Shown here piece after piece: positions 1-10,200 of a stretch of 46,150 nt of DNA. Location: contig CAVCTH010000001.1 of the NCBI GenBank assembly GCA_963604695.1, positions 1 through 46,150 of the forward strand. Direction: 5' to 3'. The stretch is from Clostridiales bacterium. Its GTDB lineage: Bacteria; Bacillota; Clostridia; Lachnospirales; Lachnospiraceae. Under the pieces are notes generated by a model that ran no database searches, was not told the DNA's origin, and saw only the letters and a list, made by a program, of their open reading frames with translations. The translations under genes were made by a program, and so were the position numbers. How positions within the stretch are numbered: position 1 is the first letter of the stretch; each line of letters starts with the position of its first letter.

Positions 1-1729
1 CCTTCTGTTTCTCCAGAAGTTTCTTCTTACGGGAAATATCACCGCCGTAACATTTTGCCAGAACGTCTTTTCTCATGGCTCTGACGGTCTCACGGGCAAT
101 GATCTTTCCGCCGACAGCTGCCTGAATCGGAATCTCGAAGAGGTGACGTGGAATTTCGTCCTTCAATTTTTCACACATTCTCCGGCCTCTCTCGTAAGCA
201 GAAGCGCTGTGTACGATAAAGGAAAGGGCGTCCACTTCCTCCTTATTAATAAGGATATCCAGTTTTACCAGCTCCGACTGTACGTATCCCTTGAATTCAT
301 AGTCAAAGGACGCATAACCTCTGGAACGGGATTTCAGCGCATCGAAGAAATCATAAATGATCTCATTGAGCGGCAGTTCATATTTCAGAAGGGCACGGGT
401 CTCCTCAATGTATTCCATACCAAGGTAAACGCCGCGGCGCTCCTGACAGAGATCCATGATGGAACCAATAAATTCCGTCGTTACCATAATCTCCGCGCTG
501 ACCATGGGCTCTTCCATGTACTCAATCTCGGACGGATCCGGCAGATTGGACGGGTTGGTCAATTCAATCATTTCACCGTTGGTCTTGTGTACCCGGTAAA
601 TAACGCCCGGCGCTGTGGTTACCAGATCAAGGTTATATTCTCTCTCCAAACGTTCCTGAATAATTTCCAGATGCAGAAGTCCTAAGAATCCACAGCGGAA
701 TCCAAAGCCAAGGGCGATGGACGTCTCCGGCTCAAACTGCAGGGACGCATCGTTCAACTGAAGCTTCTCCAGCGCATCCCGCAGATCCGGATATTTAGCT
801 CCGTCTGCCGGGTAGAGTCCGCAGTATACCATGGACTGTACCTTCTTATATCCTGGCAGCGGCTCTGCACAGGGGTTGTCCCGGTCGGTGACCGTATCAC
901 CTACGCGGGTATCTTTTACATTTTTAATACTTCCGGTAATGTAACCTACCATGCCGGCGCTCAGCTCGTCACAGGGAATGAACTGGCCTGCACCGAAATA
1001 GCCGACTTCCACTACATCTGCTTCCGCTCCGGTGGCCATCATTTTAATCGGGGTTCCTTTGCGGACGCTTCCCTCTTTGATCCGGCAGAAAATGATAACT
1101 CCCTTGTAAGAATCGTAAAGAGAGTCGAAGATCAGCGCCTGCAGCGGTGCATGCGGATCTCCCTGGGGAGCAGGGATCTTGGTCACAATCTGCTCCAGCA
1201 CTTCGTCCACGTTGAGTCCGGTCTTGGCGGAAATGCGGGGCGCATCATGGGCCTCAATACCGATGACGTCCTCAATCTCCTCTACCACGCGGTCCGGATC
1301 GGCACTTGGCAGGTCAATCTTATTGATAACCGGCATGACGTCCAGATCATGATCCAGTGCCAGATACACATTGGCCAGTGTCTGGGCCTCAATGCCCTGG
1401 GCTGCATCCACTACCAGAATGGCACCGTCGCAGGCAGCAAGGCTTCTGGATACCTCATAGTTAAAGTCTACGTGTCCGGGAGTGTCTATCAGGTTGAAAA
1501 TATACTCCTCCCCGTTCTTTGCTTTATAAACAGTACGGACGGTCTGAGCTTTGATGGTAATTCCACGTTCTCTTTCCAGGTCCATATTATCCAGCACCTG
1601 GGCCTGCATCTCCCGGCTGGTGAGCAGTCCGGTCTTCTCAATAATCCGGTCTGCAAGGGTTGATTTTCCATGGTCTATATGGGCTACAATGCAAAAATTA
1701 CGAATTTTGCTCTGATCGATTTCTGACAT
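1..1729 (-). CDS. lepA: Elongation factor 4 (LepA GTPase); 3' end runs off the window
   Basis: Not in the ORF track because it is open-ended. Manual translation from ATG at 1729 gives [28 protein letters not shown] (G1 motif); the window edge encodes [23 protein letters not shown] (LepA C-terminal signature). Confidence 0.98.
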   Translation of the reverse strand, partial: MSEIDQSKIRNFCIVAHIDHGKSTLADRIIEKTGLLTSREMQAQVLDNMDLERERGITIKAQTVRTVYKAKNGEEYIFNLIDTPGHVDFNYEVSRSLAACDGAILVVDAAQGIEAQTLANVYLALDHDLDVMPVINKIDLPSADPDRVVEEIEDVIGIEAHDAPRISAKTGLNVDEVLEQIVTKIPAPQGDPHAPLQALIFDSLYDSYKGVIIFCRIKEGSVRKGTPIKMMATGAEADVVEVGYFGAGQFIPCDELSAGMVGYITGSIKNVKDTRVGDTVTDRDNPCAEPLPGYKKVQSMVYCGLYPADGAKYPDLRDALEKLQLNDASLQFEPETSIALGFGFRCGFLGLLHLEIIQERLEREYNLDLVTTAPGVIYRVHKTNGEMIELTNPSNLPDPSEIEYMEEPMVSAEIMVTTEFIGSIMDLCQERRGVYLGMEYIEETRALLKYELPLNEIIYDFFDALKSRSRGYASFDYEFKGYVQSELVKLDILINKEEVDALSFIVHSASAYERGRRMCEKLKDEIPRHLFEIPIQAAVGGKIIARETVRAMRKDVLAKCYGGDISRKKKLLEKQK

Positions 1730-1758
1730 ACTTCTTTTCCTCCGTATTTTACATCATA

Positions 1759-3078
1759 TCATGTTCCAAAAACCTTATCAAGCAAATCTGCCAGCGGTTC
1801 CATGGTATTCATGATCTCTTCCACCGTGTTGGTCTGGGCTCCCACCTCAATGAGCAGCGCTTTGGGGGACAGATGCAGGTTGTATCTGAGACTTTTCAGG
1901 TAAATGTTCCGGGACAGGCCCGGATAGTACTGCTCACAGAGAAGTTTCAGCTGCAGGGTCAGCGCCAGATTGTCTTCCTTATAGGGATTGTAAAGATAAT
2001 CGATGGCTCCGTTTCTCCTGGTTCTGCTCAATCCGTTGAAAAACATGAATTTCGCCATGGTTTTACCATTGAGTTCCGTCACCAGACGGGTTCCCTCCGA
2101 CACGCCGTCCCGGTGCAGGTCGATGACCGACTGGATGGAAGGATAAGTCTCCAGGATTCCGCTGATCTCCTCCTGAGCCCGGCTGTATGCCTCGTTCCGG
2201 TCCAGTTTCCCATCGATAAGGTCATAGACGCTGGTTACATGAAGCACCTGATAGCCCCGCTCTGTGAGATACTGGGTGAGCAGTTCCCCCGCTCCCACAA
2301 TGGTGGTGGAATTGTCCCCCGGCACGGAATCCACAAATCCTTCCTGGGAATGGGTATGGTAAATGAGGATCTGCGGGCCGTCCACGCTTTTGTCGATTCC
2401 CATATCTTCTGCCAGCAGGGTCTCCGCATCCAGCTCCTCCGGCGTGATATACGTATTGGGTTCAATGGTATAAAAATGGCTGGTCAGATAGTCAAAATCC
2501 GACAGTTCCTCCAGATTGTAAAGAGTTCCTATGGAGGCGGTCTGCGTCTCTTCCTCCGGCTGGGATTCTTCCGGTTCTTCAACAGGTTCTGAATCTGCTT
2601 CCTGTATTTCCGGTTCTTCTGCCGTCTCCGGTTCCTGACTCTGTTCCATAGCCGCTTCATTTTCCTGTTGGGCCAGAGATGCCAGATCATAGGCCTTTCC
2701 TTCTTCATCCGTCTCATTTTCATCATGGACACCGCCGGTCACCAGCATTTCATAGGTAGCTGCATTTTCCACCTGTTCTCTATGTACCGCACATGCCTCC
2801 AGCTTTTTCAGCGGATGCATGGCCATGGCCCAGTTCACGTACCATTCTGTAAAGGAAGCGGTCTCCTCCTCTCGGGTTTCCATGACAAGACCTGGATAGA
2901 GCATCCGCGCCGCCTCTTTCTGGAGGGCCTGCTGCCCCATGGAAACCGCATCCGCCAGAAGGGCATAGGGATGCTCCGGCCAGAATCTCCGGCCTCCCGT
3001 AAATATAATATAAAAGCTGCCCGTGAAAAAGAAAAACCAGAGCAGCTTTCCTGAAATTTTCTCCATCAATCGCCTCAT
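1759..3078 (-). CDS. spoIIP: Stage II sporulation protein P (engulfment amidase/endopeptidase)
   Basis: Motifs ILIYHTHSQE, IDLHRDG and LLIEVG; N-terminal TM segment and acidic linker; gpr-spoIIP-lepA synteny. Start moved from 3093 to ATG 3078, which follows GGTGAGG. Confidence 0.92.
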   Translation of the reverse strand: MRRLMEKISGKLLWFFFFTGSFYIIFTGGRRFWPEHPYALLADAVSMGQQALQKEAARMLYPGLVMETREEETASFTEWYVNWAMAMHPLKKLEACAVHREQVENAATYEMLVTGGVHDENETDEEGKAYDLASLAQQENEAAMEQSQEPETAEEPEIQEADSEPVEEPEESQPEEETQTASIGTLYNLEELSDFDYLTSHFYTIEPNTYITPEELDAETLLAEDMGIDKSVDGPQILIYHTHSQEGFVDSVPGDNSTTIVGAGELLTQYLTERGYQVLHVTSVYDLIDGKLDRNEAYSRAQEEISGILETYPSIQSVIDLHRDGVSEGTRLVTELNGKTMAKFMFFNGLSRTRRNGAIDYLYNPYKEDNLALTLQLKLLCEQYYPGLSRNIYLKSLRYNLHLSPKALLIEVGAQTNTVEEIMNTMEPLADLLDKVFGT

Positions 3079-3097
3079 TGCGTCCTCACCCATCTAC

Positions 3098-3127
3098 ATT
3101 TATATGGGCACTTCCCCGCTCCTATGC
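3098..3127 (-). promoter_or_regulatory. SigE-like (mother-cell) promoter of spoIIP
   Basis: Minus strand GCATAGG-N14-CATATAAAT resembles the SigE consensus; spoIIP is a known SigE target in Bacillus subtilis. Confidence 0.6.
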
Positions 3128-3994
3128 GTGGCCGGGAAGCTGAAAGACTATATTGAGGGCCTCCGACAGGGTAAAACTCAACTGTTTGATCATTTCATCA
3201 ATATTTTTCGGCGTGACGAACATGCCGTTCAGGTGAGGCGGCATCCGCTCGCAGCTTCCCTGGGCGTCGTAAATGATTGCCGCGGCCTCCACCACTGTGG
3301 GCACGCCAATGGCAATGACTGGAATTCCCAGGCTTTCTCTGGTCAGGCTTCCTCTGTGGTTGCCCACACCGGAGCCCGGCTGGATTCCCGTATCTGTCAG
3401 CTGGATGGTTCTTCCAAGCCGTCTGGTACTCCGGGCCGCCAGAGCGTCTATGACTACCAGAAGATCCGGCGAGGTCTGGTCGATGACCCCCTGCAGAATC
3501 TCCGAGGTCTCCATTCCGGTCTGCGCCATGACGCCCGGTGCAATCCCGCTGACCGCACTGGCGCTTTCCATTCCCATGGCTTCCCGCCCATATTCCTGAA
3601 ACAGATGCCGGGTGATCATAAGATTGGACACGGCTTTGGGTCCCAGGGCGTCCGGCGTCACATCCCGGTTGCCCAGGCCCGCCACCAGAACGGAACGGCT
3701 TTTCTGATCCCCTGCCAGTTCTTTGAGACAGTCTGCCAGTGCTTCCGAGATCTCCCGGTGGTAGTCTTCGTCGGGCACCGCCAGTCCCGGCGCTTCCAGT
3801 GTGAGATACGTACCCACAGGTTTTCCCATCTCCCGGGCGCCCCGCTCCGAAAGGATCTTTACTCTGGTCACTTTCAGGTCCAGGTCCTCTTCATATTCCT
3901 CTTCCACGACGACGCCATGAACCTCCGTATCACTTCCTTCAAAGCTCTCCCGTGCTTCCAGCGCCAGATCTGTACGCACCCGCATCCGGTCCAT
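3122..3994 (-). CDS. gpr: GPR endopeptidase (spore germination protease)
   Basis: Motifs RTDLALEA, GLGNRDVTPDALGP, IDALAAR, PGSGVGNHR and AIGVPTVV; AAGGAGG RBS; divergent from rpsT as in other Firmicutes. Confidence 0.96.
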   Translation of the reverse strand: MDRMRVRTDLALEARESFEGSDTEVHGVVVEEEYEEDLDLKVTRVKILSERGAREMGKPVGTYLTLEAPGLAVPDEDYHREISEALADCLKELAGDQKSRSVLVAGLGNRDVTPDALGPKAVSNLMITRHLFQEYGREAMGMESASAVSGIAPGVMAQTGMETSEILQGVIDQTSPDLLVVIDALAARSTRRLGRTIQLTDTGIQPGSGVGNHRGSLTRESLGIPVIAIGVPTVVEAAAIIYDAQGSCERMPPHLNGMFVTPKNIDEMIKQLSFTLSEALNIVFQLPGHA

Positions 3995-4106
3995 CTGTTC
4001 TCCTCCTTTTCATTACAGAAATTTTTGGTTCCGCTCACAACCTGTCACTTTCAAACATTTCGCCACAAAATCATCTGATTTTTCCGAAAAAATTCGATTT
4101 TATGTA

Positions 4107-4135
4107 TTGACAGTTATGCCCCTTTCGACTAGAAT
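4107..4135 (+). promoter_or_regulatory. SigA promoter of rpsT
   Basis: TTGACA (4107-4112), 17 nt, TAGAAT (4130-4135). Confidence 0.85.
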
Positions 4136-4262
4136 ATATTCATGTGTGTTTCCATGTAAAGCCACCGTGTCTCGCTTTCATGAAACACGTATCAAAAGTT
4201 TAATGATAATCGCCCATGCCCCTTTGAGGCCGGGCTGTACAAGTTATTTGGAGGTGCACAAA

Positions 4263-4526
4263 ATGGCTAATATTAAATCCGCTAAGAAAAGAATCCTGGT
4301 AACCGAGACCAGAACCGCAAGAAACAAAGCAATCAAATCCGAAGTTAAGACCATGGTAAAGAAAGTATACGCTGCTATCGATTCCAAAGATCAGGAAGCT
4401 GCTAAAGCTGCTCTGAAAGCTGCTATCTCTACTCTGGACAAAGCTACTACCAAGGGTGTATATCACAAAAACACTACTTCCAGAAAGATCTCCCGTATGC
4501 AGAAAGCCGTTAACGCAATGGCTTAA
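4263..4526 (+). CDS. rpsT: 30S ribosomal protein S20
   Basis: MANIKSAKKRI...KGVYHKNTTSRKISR, 87 aa; GGAGGTG RBS before ATG 4263. The ORF track's start at 4107 is the -35 box. Confidence 0.98.
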   Translation: MANIKSAKKRILVTETRTARNKAIKSEVKTMVKKVYAAIDSKDQEAAKAALKAAISTLDKATTKGVYHKNTTSRKISRMQKAVNAMA

Positions 4527-4550
4527 TCCGGGATTCGGATATTTTTATAA

Positions 4551-4601
4551 AAGCATAAGAAAAACGACTGGTACCGTCATGCCAGTCGTTTTTTTATGCT
4601 T
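4551..4601. terminator. Bidirectional intrinsic terminator between convergent rpsT and holA
   Basis: AAGCATAAGAAAAACGACTGG-loop-CCAGTCGTTTTTTTATGCTT, with A/T tracts on both sides. Confidence 0.88.
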
Positions 4602-4619
4602 ATAATGTTTCGCGAGAAT

Positions 4620-5600
4620 CTACTTCGCACTGTATTTTACAATCAGAAGCTCCACACTGATCTGATCTCCGATCTGTCCGGTCTTCACCTGTTCTTCTGT
4701 ACTCACACAGTCCTCCACTGCCTGCCGAAGCTGCGCTTTGGTAAATCGTTTTGCCTGTGCCTGATATTTTCCAAGGGCAAAGGGCGGGATGCCTGCCTTC
4801 TTCGCCATCTCTCCCCGGTCCAGTCCTTCTGCTGCCAGTCCCTTCAACAACAGCAGCTGGTGGAACTGCCTGGTAATGAGAAATAAAATCCGCATGGGCG
4901 GCTCCTTCATGGCCAGCAGGTCGCCGTAAAGATCCAGTGCTTTTCTCTGGTTCTGTTCCGTGATGGCCTGTACCATGTCAAAGATCCGGTTCTCGGTCTG
5001 TTCCGTGCAGACAGCTTCCACATCCTCCGTGCGGATGGCCGGGCGGTCCATGGTGTAGCACAACAGCTTCTCCAGTTCCCGTTCAATATTCTGCATATCG
5101 GATCCGGTTCTTCCGAGGAAGATCCGGAGAGTCTCCTCTGTAATCTGCTTTCCTTCCCTTTTTAACATGCCCAGTACCCAGCGGGCCAGCGTCTTTTCGT
5201 CCTGCCGCTTGAACTCCACGATCCTTCCATGGGTCTTGATGGCCTTATAAAGTCTTCCCCTCTTGTCCACTTCGGACTCGGTGAGGATAATGCAGGTGCT
5301 CTCCGGAATCTCCGGCACGTAATCCGCCAGATCCGGGCAGGCATTCTTGGCAAACCCGCTGTCATCAATGAGAATGACCCTGCGCTCCGCAAAGAAGGGC
5401 ATGGTCTCCGCCAGATCGATAATCTCCCGCGGATTTACATTTTTCCCTTCAAACACACTGCAGTTCATGGTATCTTCCGGGTCAATCAATGCTTCCCGCA
5501 GGCGTTTCCGGTACTGATTTCGCAGATACACCTCTTCCCCGGTCAGCAGATAAATCTTCTTAAATTGTCTGTTCTTGATATCTTCCATTAACATTTTCAT
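4620..5600 (-). CDS. holA: DNA polymerase III delta subunit
   Basis: Motifs IYLLTGEEVYL, AETMPFFAERRVI and IERELEKLLCY; comEC-holA-rpsT synteny. Start set at ATG 5600 (MKMLMEDIK). Confidence 0.93.
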   Translation of the reverse strand: MKMLMEDIKNRQFKKIYLLTGEEVYLRNQYRKRLREALIDPEDTMNCSVFEGKNVNPREIIDLAETMPFFAERRVILIDDSGFAKNACPDLADYVPEIPESTCIILTESEVDKRGRLYKAIKTHGRIVEFKRQDEKTLARWVLGMLKREGKQITEETLRIFLGRTGSDMQNIERELEKLLCYTMDRPAIRTEDVEAVCTEQTENRIFDMVQAITEQNQRKALDLYGDLLAMKEPPMRILFLITRQFHQLLLLKGLAAEGLDRGEMAKKAGIPPFALGKYQAQAKRFTKAQLRQAVEDCVSTEEQVKTGQIGDQISVELLIVKYSAK

Positions 5601-5606
5601 GTCCTC

Positions 5607-5635
5607 ATTATACCCTACTGCCTGCCAAATTACAA
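5607..5635 (-). promoter_or_regulatory. Internal SigA promoter of holA (probably leaderless)
   Basis: TTGTAA-17 nt-TATAAT, ending 6 nt before the ATG. Confidence 0.65.
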
Positions 5636-5644
5636 ACCAAAAGC

Positions 5645-7849
5645 TTACTTCCAGGTCTTTACCCATACCTTCTTTCCGTCTGTGTGCACCCGGATGGCTC
5701 CCCGGTCTTTGGTGATGAGAATCCGGCTTCCAACACCCATCAGCCGCTCCAGTGTCTCCTGCCCCGGATGACCGTATCGGTTGGTACTGCTGCAGGAAAT
5801 CAGGCTTAATTCCGGGCGCACCTGGGAGAGAAATGTCTCCGAGGAGGAATGCCGGGAACCGTGGTGGGCGACTTTTAAAAGCTCCACCGGCCGGAGTGTC
5901 CCCGAGGAAGCCAGCGCTTTTTCCGCCTGCTCCCCGATATCTCCGGTGAGCAGCATCTGGAACTCCCCGTATTCCGCCATAAGCACCAGCGACTGCTCAT
6001 TCCGGTCATCGGACAGGGATCCCTTTTGCGGCCATAGGCAAGTTAAGGATAAGGTGTCTGACTTCAGCACATCCCCCTTTCCCATATAGAGGATTTCCAC
6101 ACCTGCCTCCTGAAGCTTCGCCTCCATCTCTTCGTAGGCCTCATCCTTTTTTCCCACTTCCGGAAGTATCGCTGTCCCAATGGAAATGCCACCGGGCTTC
6201 TGGCTATCTTCTAACAGTTCCTCCACGCCGCTGATGTGATCCTGATCCATATGGGAAATGAGGAGATAGTCAATAGTTTCCTCTCCCTCTGCTTTCAAAA
6301 AAGGCAGAAGCCGGTAATCTCCCACCGCCGATACATTGGTGCTTCCTCCGTCCGATAAAAATGTCGTTCCGTCCGGACTTCGGAAAAAGACACTGTCCCC
6401 CTGTCCAACATCCAACATGGTAATCTCCATCCCCGTATGTACCCGGACACAGAGCAGCATGGCAGCCAGAAAAAGTCCCATGCCGCACAGCACGGCTTTC
6501 TTTCTATCCGGCACATACTGATCCGGCTTTTTGCTGTACTTTTTCTTTTGTTTCTCCCGGTAGAGCAGAAAAACACCTGCTGCCAGTGCGAGATAATACA
6601 CCGGAATTTTCCAGACAGACGGGCTTCCTGTCCGCAGGATGGCTCCCGGCAGTGTCAGGCATTTCCTCCCCGCCCATTCATACAGGTTCAGAATCCAATG
6701 GCAGGGAATGGCAAAGATTCCCGCACCGGTCAGCCAGAACAGGCCCGTCACCCCGCAAAGCAGGCCGCATATCATAAGAATGCTCATCAACGGAATAACC
6801 AGCAGATTCAAAAAAGTAGAATACAGGGGATATTCTCCAAAAGACATGAGCAGCACCGGAAAAGTCACTGCTGTCACCGACAGACTGACGCTGATCGAAG
6901 ACAACAGTTTCCCCTGTCTGGGAAAATAAAGCTGCCAGAGCGGTATCAACATTCCGATGGCCAGCACTGCCCCGAAGGATAGCAGGAAGGAACTCTGGTG
7001 ACTGTTAAGCGGCGTCGTTACCAGCAGAAGAATCCCCGCCGCTCCCAGGGCCGTCATCATATCGTAGGTTCTTCCTATAAGTTCTGCCGTCATCATCAGC
7101 ACACACATAAATACTGCCCGGAGCGCCGACACGGACGCCCCGCTCATCCACCCGTAGGCGGCCAGCAATCCCATGACCGGAATTCCTGACGCCCAGATCG
7201 TTCCCGTCAGTTTCCGTAGAATCCGATAACATCCCATACCAATGAGCGAAATATGAAGCCCTGAGATCGCCAGCAGATGAGCGATGCCATTTCTCTGATA
7301 CAGCTCCTTCATTTCCTTATCAAGGCTTCCCTTCTGTCCCAGTATCATGGCTTTCATGATGCCGCTCTCCTGCTCGTCAAAGGTCTCCTCATAGACCTGT
7401 TCCATGTGTTCCTTAAGACGGGTCAGGTTCTCCCGGACCAGTGCGGAATGTACCGCTAAAATCTGCGCTTTCTCCGCATAAACGGTACAGGCCACTCCCT
7501 GTCCTTCATAATATAAGCGGCTGTCAAACTGCCCCGGATTGGTTGGTGTTTCGATTGGATAAATAGTTCCCGAAAGGGAAAGATCCGCGCCCACCGGATA
7601 ATCGGCTTCGTCGGTCAGATACACCAGAATGTGTGGTGCTTCTATGGTATTAGTCTCATTTTGGATCAGGCAGTCCGCCAGATCCAGCTGTAACTGTTCT
7701 TTTTTTCGCGTTCGCCGGATGACCCGTCCGGTTACCTGCCCTTTGCATTTTTCCGTGATCTGCGGTTCCCGGTAAAGGGAAACCGCAGGAAGTAACTGCA
7801 AAAGCAGGAACATCAGAAGAGCTGCCCAGGCGATTGGGCGTTTTCTCAT
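5645..7849 (-). CDS. comEC: DNA uptake channel ComEC/Rec2 (OB-like, competence and metallo-beta-lactamase domains)
   Basis: Motifs NPGQFD, GIAHLLAISGLH, SFLLSF, LDVGQGD, ISHMDQDH, KVAHHGS and NRYGHP. Confidence 0.96.
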   Translation of the reverse strand: MRKRPIAWAALLMFLLLQLLPAVSLYREPQITEKCKGQVTGRVIRRTRKKEQLQLDLADCLIQNETNTIEAPHILVYLTDEADYPVGADLSLSGTIYPIETPTNPGQFDSRLYYEGQGVACTVYAEKAQILAVHSALVRENLTRLKEHMEQVYEETFDEQESGIMKAMILGQKGSLDKEMKELYQRNGIAHLLAISGLHISLIGMGCYRILRKLTGTIWASGIPVMGLLAAYGWMSGASVSALRAVFMCVLMMTAELIGRTYDMMTALGAAGILLLVTTPLNSHQSSFLLSFGAVLAIGMLIPLWQLYFPRQGKLLSSISVSLSVTAVTFPVLLMSFGEYPLYSTFLNLLVIPLMSILMICGLLCGVTGLFWLTGAGIFAIPCHWILNLYEWAGRKCLTLPGAILRTGSPSVWKIPVYYLALAAGVFLLYREKQKKKYSKKPDQYVPDRKKAVLCGMGLFLAAMLLCVRVHTGMEITMLDVGQGDSVFFRSPDGTTFLSDGGSTNVSAVGDYRLLPFLKAEGEETIDYLLISHMDQDHISGVEELLEDSQKPGGISIGTAILPEVGKKDEAYEEMEAKLQEAGVEILYMGKGDVLKSDTLSLTCLWPQKGSLSDDRNEQSLVLMAEYGEFQMLLTGDIGEQAEKALASSGTLRPVELLKVAHHGSRHSSSETFLSQVRPELSLISCSSTNRYGHPGQETLERLMGVGSRILITKDRGAIRVHTDGKKVWVKTWK

Positions 7850-8760
7850 TCTTCTATCAGCTCCTCATTTTTTTCAAAAATTGTATTAAAATTAATGCTT
7901 TCCCGATAGACCCGGTTGGTCTCGCCGTTAATGCTGATCTGCACTCTCCGGGCCTCCGTGTTATCAATAATGGAATTGACAATGGAGTAAACCGGAACGC
8001 TCTCGGTCACATTGTATCCGGTCTCCAGGAAACCTTCATCCAGGTTGACATAACAGATCTTGTCCTTAATGGAAATACTCACCAGCTTGGTCTCCGCCGG
8101 AATAGCCGGGTAAGCTCCCTCAAATGGCGGTCCTGCAATGAGCCGCTCCACAATGAGTTTTTCCAGGGAAATATTACTGTTATACTCCATGGCAACCCGC
8201 TGGGCCACCAGCTTGTCACCGGTCTCATTGGTATAGTAAAGGGTCAGATCCGCTGTCTTATAGGAATTGATCTCCTCGCCGGGATTTTCAATAAACTGAT
8301 CTTCGTTCATCATACCTATGATCCGGCCATAGCTGTCCGCAAGCGGTTCGCCCTCAATCTGAAATTCCACATATTCCACATCGGGAAGCTGGCAGAAAGT
8401 ACGCACCAGCGCTGCCCGGCAGAGGACTTCATAGACCTTCTGCATATTCTGATATTCCGAGGAAAAATTCAGATACAGCTGTTGATTTATAAGATTACAT
8501 CCTTCCACCCGGACGTCTTCCGGCAGAACCGGCTTTAATTTCTCACTCTCAGGCGTTTCCCGGACCATTTCCAGAAGTTCCTTGATCTGGCCGTCCGTAT
8601 TGGTGGCCTGCAGTTCCCGGTACTCATAATCCAGTTTGCTCTCATCCTGGTTGATGTACCATATTTTATATCCGCTCTCCTCTTCCTGTGTATGCTGTCC
8701 GCATCCGGTCAGTCCCAGAATGCACAGCAGGAGAAGGAGAATGCCTGTCCATTTTTTCAT
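7846..8760 (-). CDS. GerMN-domain lipoprotein (two GerMN-like repeats)
   Basis: Lipobox LGLTGC; two segments of the type LYLNFS...ALVRTFCQLPDVEYVEFQIEG and YVNLD...SIVNSI...RVQISING. Confidence 0.8.
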   Translation of the reverse strand: MKKWTGILLLLLCILGLTGCGQHTQEEESGYKIWYINQDESKLDYEYRELQATNTDGQIKELLEMVRETPESEKLKPVLPEDVRVEGCNLINQQLYLNFSSEYQNMQKVYEVLCRAALVRTFCQLPDVEYVEFQIEGEPLADSYGRIIGMMNEDQFIENPGEEINSYKTADLTLYYTNETGDKLVAQRVAMEYNSNISLEKLIVERLIAGPPFEGAYPAIPAETKLVSISIKDKICYVNLDEGFLETGYNVTESVPVYSIVNSIIDNTEARRVQISINGETNRVYRESINFNTIFEKNEELIEE

Positions 8761-8772
8761 GCTCTTCCTTTC

Positions 8773-10200
8773 CTACACAATATACCGGAGCGGAATCCGC
8801 ACGGTAAATGTGGTTCCCTCATCCAGCGTACTCTGTACCTTGATGGCTCCGCGGTGGGCAACGATGGCGCTCTTGGTAATCGCCAGGCCCAGGCCGGTTC
8901 CTCCGATCTCTCTGGAATGGGATTTGTCTACCCGGTAAAACCGTTCAAAAATGTAATCCAGGGATTCCTGCGGAATACCGATGCCGGAATCGCTGACTTT
9001 CACATAGAAGAATTTATGGTCCGCATCCAGCGTTACCCGCACCCAGCCGTTTTCCTTATTGTACTTGATGGCATTTTCCACCAGATTGGTGAACGCCAGG
9101 GACAGCTTGGTGGCATCAATCTCCGCCGTCACGCTCCGGTTGCTCTCAAATACCACCTCAATGTTGGCTTTCTCCGCAATGGGGGTGACACGCTTCAGGA
9201 TCTGTTCCATAAATTCATTGATATCCGTGGACGCCACATTCAGTTCCGTGGTCTTCCGGTCCATCTTAACCAGCGTCAGCAGGTCGGAAATAACGGAATT
9301 TTCACGGTCAATCTCATTGGCAATATCCTGCATAAACTCCTGATAGAGTTCCACCGGAGCGCCCTCCTGCATGAGCAGGGAATCCGCCAGCACCTTCATA
9401 GAAGTAAGCGGCGTCTTCAGCTCGTGAGACACGTTGGCAACAAACTCCTGCCGGGACTCTTCGATGAGACGAAGCTTTGCCAGCATAATATTAAAGGTGT
9501 TGGAAATATTCTCCGTCTCCGTACAGTCGTGAATATCCAGGTCCCCGTCCAGGGCTCCCTCCGCCAGATCGCCGATGTACTGGTTCATATGCTTCAGCGG
9601 CCGTACCAGCCAGTTTGCCAGAAGAATGGCCAGGGCCAGGGCAATAATGCAGACCACCGATACCCAGATCTCCGCAGACCGCCGGAACCCATCCAGCCTT
9701 GCATGGATACTGTCCGTGGAAGCACTTGCAAGAATGACGCCGGTAATCTTCTTATCCACGTCCGTTCCCGCCATAATGGGCACCGTCAGTTCAATAAAAC
9801 GGCCGCTCACATAGTGGCTGGTAGGTTCTCCCTTAAAGCACTTCACCACTTCTTCCGCCACAATGGTACGGTCTTCTTCCAGGCCGTAGGTATCTCTTAC
9901 AATATTAAAATTATCATCGATGAGAATAATCCGGCCATCATACAGGGTTGCCACCTGTGATAAGTCATTTTCCAGCGCTTCATTACTGTTGTTATGTAAA
10001 TAATCCGCACTGATGACCTGATTGGCCAGAATCTGACACTGGTTCTTCACGTCGTTGGCCAACTGCGTCATGGACTGTTTTTCGTAGGAAACCAGAAAGA
10101 TTTCCGCCACAAAAACAGCCGACAGCATACTGAACACAAACAGGAAAACCATGATTCTGAAATTCAGACTTCTGAAAAATTTACCTTTTGTTTTAAACAT
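8773..10200 (-). CDS. Membrane sensor histidine kinase (two TM segments, HAMP, HisKA, HATPase)
   Basis: H-box FVANVSHELKTPLT, N-box NLVENAIKY, G boxes DSGIGI and GGTGLGLAI, F-box IFERFYRVDK. Confidence 0.95.
   Translation of the reverse strand: MFKTKGKFFRSLNFRIMVFLFVFSMLSAVFVAEIFLVSYEKQSMTQLANDVKNQCQILANQVISADYLHNNSNEALENDLSQVATLYDGRIILIDDNFNIVRDTYGLEEDRTIVAEEVVKCFKGEPTSHYVSGRFIELTVPIMAGTDVDKKITGVILASASTDSIHARLDGFRRSAEIWVSVVCIIALALAILLANWLVRPLKHMNQYIGDLAEGALDGDLDIHDCTETENISNTFNIMLAKLRLIEESRQEFVANVSHELKTPLTSMKVLADSLLMQEGAPVELYQEFMQDIANEIDRENSVISDLLTLVKMDRKTTELNVASTDINEFMEQILKRVTPIAEKANIEVVFESNRSVTAEIDATKLSLAFTNLVENAIKYNKENGWVRVTLDADHKFFYVKVSDSGIGIPQESLDYIFERFYRVDKSHSREIGGTGLGLAITKSAIVAHRGAIKVQSTLDEGTTFTVRIPLRYIV

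Noticed and set aside
3995..4100. SigF/SigG promoter for gpr
   Set aside because: Expected from Bacillus biology, but I found no -35/-10 pair with acceptable spacing.
4107..4262. N-terminal extensions in the ORF track for rpsT, holA, polC, mscL, potD, DUF1294 and the surface protein
   Set aside because: Family homology starts at downstream ATGs, most with a good RBS, and the extensions overlap promoters or neighbouring genes.
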